DNA from: Deltaproteobacteria bacterium
Lineage (GTDB): Bacteria; Bdellovibrionota; UBA1018
Assembly: GCA_016194835.1 (NCBI GenBank)
Contig: JACQAU010000086.1
Location: forward strand, 1-24,133
Direction of reading: 5' to 3'
Length of the DNA stretch: 24,133 bases
Part shown: piece after piece, positions 9,694 through 16,516 of the stretch
Position numbering within the stretch: position 1 is the first letter of the stretch
Layout: every line of letters starts with the position of its first letter
Position numbers and translations under genes: made by a program
Notes under the pieces: generated by a model
What the model was told of the DNA's origin: nothing
The model's database searches: none
Seen by the model: only the letters and a program-made list of their open reading frames with translations

Positions 9694-10587
9694 GTGCTAA
9701 GAGCAGCAAGGTCACCCATTGTGTTGTTTGTTGTTGGATTTTTGTTTATTGTTTGCCAAAGTTCTGCTCTGGCATGGGAAAGTGTTTTTAATTTTTCGTT
9801 CTTTGCTGCGTATGATAATAACGCCGATCCATCTGCTCAAAACGGCGCGGCTTGGATTGGTAGGTCTTTGCTAGATGGTAAGCTTTTTGGAAATTTAGCT
9901 GGTGGTGAGCTTTCGACTAAATTTGTTGTAGCGTCAGATCAATACTTGGTGAAATCAATCCCGAGTAATATGACGCTATCTTTTAAGCCGGCTTATTATC
10001 TCAAACTTATTGATAATATATTGGATGGTAAACTCTCTTATAGATATGCGCGTAATTTTCGTTATTCACTTGGCTCTGGTGACACCTCAGATCCTGCTCT
10101 TGAGCCTTACTCGGGACATAGGATTAATTTTGATCTTAGATATTTCTTAGACACATTAAAAGTCGGTCCGGCACTGAGTTGGGAACGTAAAACTTATCCG
10201 GCACTCTCGCTAAGTGACGGGACCACGGACCTGGCAATAGAAGGTGAGCTAGTTTTATCTAAAAAATTTTATTTTAATGCTGAGTTTGGAAAGGAACTAA
10301 TCTCATCAACCGACGCAAACTATGTTGCCAATGGTCCACTGTGGAGTTTGGGTGCTTCATGGCAGGTAACTCAGTCGTTGACTATTTTAGGATATTTTAA
10401 GCAACTATATCTCAATTATTCTGCACGCAGTGATCGCAGTTCGCTTCTTGTTTTCTCTATAGAGCAAGCTATGTCCAAAAACATTGCCGTGTTGTTTGAT
10501 ATTAGCCGTCTTAATTATAACTCAACAGATTCTGCATACAGCTATAGCTCAACCGAATATGCCACTGGATTATCTTGTGTGTTTTAA
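9694..10587 (+). CDS. Putative outer-membrane beta-barrel protein
   Basis: Signal peptide ending ALA-W; alternating hydrophobic beta-strand pattern; N-terminal YDNN; C-terminal N.S...YSY.....GLSCVF ending in Phe (BAM-type signal). The family is not identifiable with certainty. Confidence 0.65.
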   Translation: MLRAARSPIVLFVVGFLFIVCQSSALAWESVFNFSFFAAYDNNADPSAQNGAAWIGRSLLDGKLFGNLAGGELSTKFVVASDQYLVKSIPSNMTLSFKPAYYLKLIDNILDGKLSYRYARNFRYSLGSGDTSDPALEPYSGHRINFDLRYFLDTLKVGPALSWERKTYPALSLSDGTTDLAIEGELVLSKKFYFNAEFGKELISSTDANYVANGPLWSLGASWQVTQSLTILGYFKQLYLNYSARSDRSSLLVFSIEQAMSKNIAVLFDISRLNYNSTDSAYSYSSTEYATGLSCVF

Positions 10588-10670
10588 TTCCAAATAGGAA
10601 AAAAGTACCACTTACTCGATACATTTTGCCTATTAAATAAAAAATATTTAACCTAAGTACTAAAAATAAC

Positions 10671-10698
10671 TAAACTTTTTTCTTCGGCACGCCGATTG
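10671..10698 (+). promoter_or_regulatory. Possible sigma28-like promoter overlapping the sigma54 site
   Basis: TAAA (10671-10674), 16-nt spacer, GCCGATTG (10691-10698). Confidence 0.35.
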
Positions 10699-10700
10699 CT
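10684..10700 (+). promoter_or_regulatory. sigma54 (RpoN) -24/-12 promoter of the flgF cluster
   Basis: TCGGCACGCCGATTGCT: GG (10686-10687) and GC (10698-10699) are separated by exactly 10 nt, matching TGGCAC-N5-TTGCW apart from the first base. It lies 27 nt upstream of the flgF start. Confidence 0.75.
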
Positions 10701-10727
10701 TATATTTTATGTGGAGGGGATCAAAAA

Positions 10728-11612
10728 TTGGCCACTGGTATGTGGACTGCAGTTTCAGGAGCAAAGGCTAGGACAGATCAATTGGACGTCGTGGCTAATA
10801 ATTTAGCCAATATGGATACTGTTGGATTTAAAAAAGATTCGCCTACTTTTAAAGAGTATCTAGCTATGCATGAAAGAGAGCCGTCTAATTTTGATATCAA
10901 ACTTGGGCCGGTCAAAGACAAAGATTTTTATCCATTAGATGGCCGAGATCAATCTTTTGTAATCACGGATGCAACGTACACAAACTTTAAACAAGGTAAT
11001 TTGAAAGTAACTCACGCACCGTTTGATGTTGCATTAGAAGGACCAGGTTTTTTAGAGGTCAGCACGCCTCAAGGAGTTCGCTACACGAGACAAGGAAGTC
11101 TCAAGGTGGCTACGGATGGCCGGTTAGTAACTCCCGAGGGTTACCCCGTGCTGGCAGCTCAACCCGGAGGGCTAGCGGCTACGGCGCAACTAGCTCAAAC
11201 GGTTCAGCCGGGCCAAGGAGGGCTACTGACTCAAGGAGGAGTCGCGGCTGGATCGGAATTTCGAAGTATAAATCTAAAAGACCGGACACCACAAATATCT
11301 ATTAGTGAAAATGGCGAGATTTATGCTGGTGAAGATCTAGTTGCAAAATTAAATGTGGTTGAGTTCAAAGACTCCAAAAAACTTCGCAAACAAGGCGGTT
11401 TATTGTTCGAAAATAACGACCCGACTAATGTTTTGACTCAGGTACCTCAAACACTGGTAAGACAGGGAATGTTAGAAACCGCAAATGTGAATCCAATCGA
11501 AGAAATGACAAATTTGATTAAGGCAAACAGACTTTTTGAGCACGATATGAAAACACTGAAAACTTATAATGAGCTTTTAGGGAAAGAAGCTAATGATATT
11601 GGCAAATTATAA
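10728..11612 (+). CDS. flgF: Flagellar basal-body rod protein FlgF
   Basis: TTG start after SD GGAGGGG; VANNLANMDTVGFKK, DVALEGPGF, YTRQG and LETANVNPIEEM; lies immediately before flgG. Confidence 0.88.
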   Translation: MATGMWTAVSGAKARTDQLDVVANNLANMDTVGFKKDSPTFKEYLAMHEREPSNFDIKLGPVKDKDFYPLDGRDQSFVITDATYTNFKQGNLKVTHAPFDVALEGPGFLEVSTPQGVRYTRQGSLKVATDGRLVTPEGYPVLAAQPGGLAATAQLAQTVQPGQGGLLTQGGVAAGSEFRSINLKDRTPQISISENGEIYAGEDLVAKLNVVEFKDSKKLRKQGGLLFENNDPTNVLTQVPQTLVRQGMLETANVNPIEEMTNLIKANRLFEHDMKTLKTYNELLGKEANDIGKL

Positions 11613-11636
11613 CGTAAATTATAACAAGGAGAAACA

Positions 11637-12419
11637 ATGTTAGGAGCGCTCACATCAGCAGCTACTGGATTACAGGCACAATCGGCAAATATTGAACGCA
11701 TCTCGAACGACCTGGCTAACGTCAACACAGACGCTTATAAGCGCAGCTCAAGTGAATTTCATGATCTCATGTATGAAACCATAAAACCACCAGGCGGTTT
11801 GATTGGAGCTGCTTCACAAACACCAGTTGGAATTCAAAAAGGGCTTGGTGTAAAGGTTGGTTCTATTCATAAAAACTTTGATCAAGGACCTGCAAAAATG
11901 ACTTATCACCCTTATGATTTTATGATCGAAGGCAGAGGCTTTTTCCCGGTACAATTGCAAAATGGAGAAATCGGATACACCCGCAATGGATCATTTCATA
12001 TTGATGCAACAGGAAGACTACAGCTTGCGAGTGGAAAACTTTTGATGCCTCAAATTACAATTCCTAGTAATACACTTAATGTGACGGTTTCGTCTTCGGG
12101 TGAAGTCAAGGCGCATCAGCCAAATCAAGGCGAGGCAGTGATTGGTCAACTGCAGATTATTCAATTTCAAAATGAACAAGGACTAGAAGCTAAGGGCGAA
12201 GGTATTTATAGACCGACTTTGGCGAGTGGACCCCCAATTCAGGGTATTCCTGGTGAAAATGGTTTTGGAATTATTCAACAAGGAGCAGTTGAAGGTTCTA
12301 ATGTAAACGTTGCAAATAGTATGGTGGATATGATCACAACACAAAGAGCGTATGAGATGAACACTAAGGTTATGGGTGTTGCCGATCAAATGTTAGGAGC
12401 AACTGCGAATATTAAATAG
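11637..12419 (+). CDS. flgG: Flagellar distal rod protein FlgG
   Basis: 260 aa; SNDLANVNT, QKGLGVK, GYTRNGSF and EGSNVNVANSMVDMITTQRAYEMN. Confidence 0.93.
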   Translation: MLGALTSAATGLQAQSANIERISNDLANVNTDAYKRSSSEFHDLMYETIKPPGGLIGAASQTPVGIQKGLGVKVGSIHKNFDQGPAKMTYHPYDFMIEGRGFFPVQLQNGEIGYTRNGSFHIDATGRLQLASGKLLMPQITIPSNTLNVTVSSSGEVKAHQPNQGEAVIGQLQIIQFQNEQGLEAKGEGIYRPTLASGPPIQGIPGENGFGIIQQGAVEGSNVNVANSMVDMITTQRAYEMNTKVMGVADQMLGATANIK

Positions 12420-12440
12420 CTTTTTAGCCAAGGAGGGCGA

Positions 12441-12932
12441 GTGGCTATCACGAAGGTTAAGATATTACTTCTTCTGTGTTTTTTCTTTACTGACTTCTCA
12501 GTTTTTGGTGCAAATCCAGAAATACATCCAGAGAAAACATTTGTTTGGTTAGCGCAAAAGAAAATTTATCCCGGTGAGAAGCTAAATCCTAACTTTTGTC
12601 AGATAAAAGAAATTGATGTTTCACAAGGATTAGAAAAAGAATTTAAAAATAATTTTCTATCCAAGGAAGTAAACCCAAGCACTCTAGAAGCGCGACAAAC
12701 CATTTTAGAGGGGCAGGTCATACAAATTTCATGGGTTCAGAAAATTCCGGATGTTAGACGAGGAGATGTAATACAAATTAAACTTATTTCTGGTGGGATT
12801 GTGTTGACGACATTTGGCACAATCGAAGAGCCTTCTTACGTCAATAGTGAAGTCAAAGTGCTTAGTGCTAAAACAAAAAGACTACTGAGTGGGACGCTAA
12901 TTAACAATAAAGTCGTTGAGGTTAGATTATGA
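12441..12932 (+). CDS. flgA: P-ring formation chaperone FlgA
   Basis: Signal peptide; SAF/ChapFlgA-like segments (VRRGDVIQI, G.....EVKVLS.KTKRLLSG); located between flgG and flgH. Confidence 0.85.
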   Translation: MAITKVKILLLLCFFFTDFSVFGANPEIHPEKTFVWLAQKKIYPGEKLNPNFCQIKEIDVSQGLEKEFKNNFLSKEVNPSTLEARQTILEGQVIQISWVQKIPDVRRGDVIQIKLISGGIVLTTFGTIEEPSYVNSEVKVLSAKTKRLLSGTLINNKVVEVRL

Positions 12933-13957
12933 AGCAAACACTCGTGTTGGTTGCTTTGATTATTCTTTTATGTGTTTTTTCGGGGTGTGCTAAATTATTT
13001 GGAGAATTAAGAAAAGATTTTGATGATTCGGCCGAAGATACTTCTTATCCCACCACTGGAGGCAGGTGGACGGAAAACAATACACTTAGTGTTGGAGTAG
13101 AGGGCGCGGGTCCTATTGTTAATCACGAGGCAATACTAGGGCATTCAGAAAGATCACCGGCTAGTTATAAAGGCGCTTTCGACGAAACACGGAGCACTTG
13201 GATTAGTCCGGAACAGGCAGATGCAAATAAAAGGGATGTCTATAGGCAATTTGATCAAGAAAGCGCAGGACATGAATCGCCCGAAGAAGTAACCTCTGTT
13301 ATTCCGCAAAGCAAAAAACCATACAAGTTTGGAGAAAGAGCCACACGGGCTGATTTTTGGGATGATATGAGAGAGGGATCTCTGTGGGCACCAGAGGGGC
13401 AGACAAATTTTTTCTTTAACAAAAATAAAGTTAGGGGATCAGGAGACATTGTAACTATACAAGTCGAAAAAGAATTAGCGCAAGACACAATAACAGAAAT
13501 TTCAAGGACTTTATCTAACGAAGAAAAAGTACTTGAATTAGCCAGTGCTCAGGAAAGAATTAGAACAAAAATTTTAGGGTTACCAGAGCCTACTGCAAAA
13601 TCAGGTGACAAAAAAGAAACCGGTAACACACAAATAGCACAGGTTTCTAAAAGAGCACCAGCTGCAGAGAACAAAGAAAGTCCCCCACCAGAAGAAATTG
13701 AAATTCCTAAGGCTACAGCGGCAGATATAGATGTTTCTAAATCTGTCGAATTTAATGCAGGAGAACATATTTTGGCTGAGATCGTGGAGCGTTATCCCAA
13801 TGGGAATTATAAAATTCGAGGGACAAAACGGATACGTTACCGAAATAATCCCAAACTTTTGACTCTAGTCGGAGTTGTCAAGGGGGTTGATATTACAGAA
13901 GAAGACACATTGAATTCAGGAAGGTTATATGAGTATCGTTTGGAAATTTTGCGTTAG
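12929..13957 (+). CDS. flgH: Flagellar L-ring lipoprotein FlgH (atypically long)
   Basis: Lipobox FSG-C20; GDIVTIQV, AEIVERYPNGNYKIRGTK and LTLVGVVKGVDI...NTLNS-like segments; synteny. Confidence 0.85.
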   Translation: MKQTLVLVALIILLCVFSGCAKLFGELRKDFDDSAEDTSYPTTGGRWTENNTLSVGVEGAGPIVNHEAILGHSERSPASYKGAFDETRSTWISPEQADANKRDVYRQFDQESAGHESPEEVTSVIPQSKKPYKFGERATRADFWDDMREGSLWAPEGQTNFFFNKNKVRGSGDIVTIQVEKELAQDTITEISRTLSNEEKVLELASAQERIRTKILGLPEPTAKSGDKKETGNTQIAQVSKRAPAAENKESPPPEEIEIPKATAADIDVSKSVEFNAGEHILAEIVERYPNGNYKIRGTKRIRYRNNPKLLTLVGVVKGVDITEEDTLNSGRLYEYRLEILR

Positions 13958-14972
13958 TTTATTTTTGGTTTTTACTTTAAGCGATATAAGCTACGCTTCG
14001 CGCTTAAAAGACATTGCTACTGTCAAAGGAGTTAGGGAAAATATCCTCATTGGCTACGGTCTAGTTGTTGGACTTAAGGGCACTGGAGATTCTAATACTG
14101 ATGTCACTGGGCAATCATTGGCTAGGCTATTTGGAAAACTTGGACTAGATGTCCAGCAAAATGCAAACGTTAAATCCAAAAATACGGCTGCTGTGATTGT
14201 TACCGCAAAACTGCCCCCATTTGCGCGAGTAGGAAATAATATTGATGTAACAGTGAGTTCTATTGGAGATTCAGCAAGTCTTGAGGGAGGAGTTCTTCTG
14301 GTTACTCCGTTGCGTGCCGGGGATCAAAACGTATACGCAGTTGCTCAAGGTCCTGTAACTCTGGGGACACTTGCAGATGGTGCAGGAAAAAATTTTCCTA
14401 CAGTTGGCCGAGTGGTTAGTGGAGCAATGATTGAACGGGATGTGGAAATTAATTTTTCGAATAAAAAAAACTTTAGACTTTCTTTACACCATCCGGATTT
14501 TACAACATCTGCAAGGGTTGCGGCGTTAATTAATACCGAGCTTGGAGCCAAGTATGCTTCAGCCCGGGATAGTGGGACAATTGATGTGATTGTTCCCCCG
14601 CATTACGATGGCAGTTCGGTGGAGCTTTTAGCAGTTTTAGAAAATATTCAGGTAAATATTGATAGTAAGGCAAAAGTTGTTCTCAATGAGCGCACCGGTA
14701 CCGTTGTAATGGGAGAGACAATACAGATTATGCCCGTGGCAATAGCTCATGGTGATCTTTCGATCGAAGTAAAATCTCAAGACACAACAAAACAAGAAAG
14801 CAAAACCAAGTCTTCGACAAAGCCAGAGAGAATAATCGAAGTTAAAGGTGCAAATGTTTCAGATTTAGTAAAGGCACTAAACGCATTAGGAGTACAACCG
14901 AAGGATTTGACAGCCATTTTTCAGACTTTAAAACAAGTTGGGGCCTTACAGGCAGAATTGGAGATGATGTGA
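13929..14972 (+). CDS. flgI: Flagellar P-ring protein FlgI
   Basis: RLKDI, N.LIGYGLVVGL.GTGD, AAVIVTAKLPPF, SLEGGVLL and NERTGTVVMG. Confidence 0.97.
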   Translation: MSIVWKFCVSLFLVFTLSDISYASRLKDIATVKGVRENILIGYGLVVGLKGTGDSNTDVTGQSLARLFGKLGLDVQQNANVKSKNTAAVIVTAKLPPFARVGNNIDVTVSSIGDSASLEGGVLLVTPLRAGDQNVYAVAQGPVTLGTLADGAGKNFPTVGRVVSGAMIERDVEINFSNKKNFRLSLHHPDFTTSARVAALINTELGAKYASARDSGTIDVIVPPHYDGSSVELLAVLENIQVNIDSKAKVVLNERTGTVVMGETIQIMPVAIAHGDLSIEVKSQDTTKQESKTKSSTKPERIIEVKGANVSDLVKALNALGVQPKDLTAIFQTLKQVGALQAELEMM

Positions 14973-15029
14973 CTGCTTTGGCATTAGGAAGTATGCTGAA
15001 GAATATCCAGGAAACAAGACAGACGTATT

Positions 15030-15059
15030 GGCCCGCTAGGATGGTGGGTTTTTCTTGTT
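15030..15059 (+). terminator. Possible intrinsic terminator or structured hairpin after flgI
   Basis: GGCCCGCT-AGGAT-GGTGGGTT stem (rich in G.U pairs) followed by TTTCTTGTT. Confidence 0.3.
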
Positions 15060-15117
15060 CAACTAAAATAGCAAGGAAGCTTACAAAGCAGTTACATAAG
15101 ACAGGCGGGGGTGGATA

Positions 15118-15510
15118 ATGACTGATTCTTTCGCCCTGAATCAGGTTTCTACTACCGCCGTCAATGCTTTGGCAGCGCCTGTTACTCCATCAAAAAGAAT
15201 TGATTATATCGATTACTCTAAAGTTGACCCGGATATTTTAAAAGCAGCCGAAGGCATGGAATCCATGTTTATTGATTATCTGATGAAAGTAATGCGTGAA
15301 ACTGTTCCCAAAAACGAATTTGATTTAGAGTCTCCAGCTACTTCGGTTTATCGAAGCATGTTAGACTCGGAACTGTCTGACCTGGCTGCAAAGGGTAAAG
15401 GCATAGGGCTGAAAGATCCACTTATTGCATATCTCCAGAATAGGAGATCTGCTATTGCAGATCTCCAATCAAAAAGATACACTGAACAAAGAGGGCAAGG
15501 CTCCAAATGA
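15118..15510 (+). CDS. flgJ: Single-domain FlgJ (rod-binding domain, no muramidase)
   Basis: AAEGMESMFIDYLMKVMRETVP and VYRSMLDSELS...GIGL; located between flgI and flgM. Confidence 0.88.
   Translation: MTDSFALNQVSTTAVNALAAPVTPSKRIDYIDYSKVDPDILKAAEGMESMFIDYLMKVMRETVPKNEFDLESPATSVYRSMLDSELSDLAAKGKGIGLKDPLIAYLQNRRSAIADLQSKRYTEQRGQGSK
15441..15468. repeat. Palindromic element, copy in the flgJ 3' end
   Basis: TAGGAGATCTGC-TATT-GCAGATCTCCAA with perfect 10-bp arms (15443-15452 and 15457-15466). Confidence 0.9.
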
Positions 15511-15541
15511 CTTTTAGTGCTATTAAAATGAGGAGGTTTGT

Positions 15542-15952
15542 ATGAAAGTTACTCCCACTGGAAATCCGTCTACTCAGGCCGCTATTCAGGCCAATGAGAC
15601 TACAAATACTTCGAGAGCAGAGAAAAACGCCCAATCACATAAAACCAAAAAAGAAATTCCAGAAGGAGTTTCTTCGAAAATTTCTTCACGCGCTAGAGAG
15701 TTTATCAAGGCAAAAGAACTTGCCTCGCAAGCACCAGATATCAGGGAACAAAGAGTTGCTGAACTTAAAAAGAAGATTGCAGAAGGAAAATATCAAGTCG
15801 ATTCAGATGCGGTAGCGGATCGACTAGTGGAGGAACATCTTCAGACTAGTAGATCTGCTAATGCAGATCTACAAACTAACAGATCTGCTAATGCAGATCT
15901 ACAAACTAACAGATCTGCTAATGCAGATCTTCAGACCAAGGATTTGGGCTGA
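15542..15952 (+). CDS. flgM: Anti-sigma28 factor FlgM with a repetitive C-terminal extension
   Basis: SD GAGGAGG; ISSRAREF, PDIREQRVAELKKKIAEGKYQVDSDAVADRLV; tail (RSANADLQTN)x3-like. Confidence 0.93.
   Translation: MKVTPTGNPSTQAAIQANETTNTSRAEKNAQSHKTKKEIPEGVSSKISSRAREFIKAKELASQAPDIREQRVAELKKKIAEGKYQVDSDAVADRLVEEHLQTSRSANADLQTNRSANADLQTNRSANADLQTKDLG
15837..15936. repeat. 30-bp tandem repeat x3, each unit carrying the palindrome AGATCTGC-TAAT-GCAGATCT
   Basis: Palindromes at 15851-15870, 15881-15900 and 15911-15930. The array is bounded by the direct repeat ATCTTCAGAC (15837-15846 and 15927-15936). Confidence 0.95.
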
Positions 15953-15993
15953 AGCCGCACTGAGTGTTCCTAAGCGATCAGGAGGATTGCATT

Positions 15994-16506
15994 ATGGAAA
16001 AAACAATTGAACAAATATTTCAAGTCTTACAGAAATTAATTTTATTACATCGTCAACTATTAGAAAAAGTCAGAGAAGAGAAAGAAGCCTTAGTCCACGT
16101 CGATGTTTCTGCTATTGAGGGTATTACTCAAACGAAAGAGGCTCTTACTGAATCTATCCGAAATGAAGAATCAAAAAGATTAAAACTAGTAGGTGAATTA
16201 GCTATAGAGTGGAAGATTCCGCTTCGTTCATTGACTCTTTCTCAATTAATTATTGAAGTTCAGGGGCGTGATCTAAAAACATCAAATCAATTAAGAAGTG
16301 CTTATCAAACGTTGACTTTTCTTGTGCAAAGGATTCAGGAACAAAATAGAAATAACGTACATTTAGTCGAAGGCTCTTTGAATCGCATTCAGAACATGAA
16401 AAAAAACGTTCTTAACGAGAGCGCTGGAAATACAAAAACTTATACTTCACAAGGACAGAGCGCTGTAGCAAATGCAAAGTCCATAATGCTTTCAAAAGAG
16501 GCATAA
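15994..16506 (+). CDS. flgN: Flagellar export chaperone FlgN (start moved from 15964 to ATG 15994)
   Basis: SD AGGAGG at 15980-15985; helical LL...E.EAL...D pattern and IQEQNRNN..L; located between flgM and flgK. Confidence 0.88.
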   Translation: MEKTIEQIFQVLQKLILLHRQLLEKVREEKEALVHVDVSAIEGITQTKEALTESIRNEESKRLKLVGELAIEWKIPLRSLTLSQLIIEVQGRDLKTSNQLRSAYQTLTFLVQRIQEQNRNNVHLVEGSLNRIQNMKKNVLNESAGNTKTYTSQGQSAVANAKSIMLSKEA

Positions 16507-16516
16507 AGAAGGGCAC

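Noticed and set aside
10588-10727. Absence of flgB-C-D-E before flgF
   Set aside because: Split flagellar clusters starting at flgF/flgG are common in deltaproteobacterial-type genomes.
14973-15117. c-di-GMP-I (GEMM) riboswitch in the flagellar intergenic region
   Set aside because: The hallmark GGCAAA / GACGCAAAG segments are not present.
15118-15510. FlgJ lacking a muramidase domain as a novelty
   Set aside because: Single-domain FlgJ is well known outside beta/gamma-proteobacteria.
15445-15930. AGATC motif as Illumina adapter contamination
   Set aside because: The adapter continues AGATCGGAAGAGC, whereas here it is AGATCTGC. The copies keep the reading frame and show covariation.
15837-15936. 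Palindromic repeats with short intervening segments as a mini-CRISPR array
   Set aside because: The intervening segments are only 10 nt and two are identical, the array is in-frame inside flgM, and there are no cas genes or leader.
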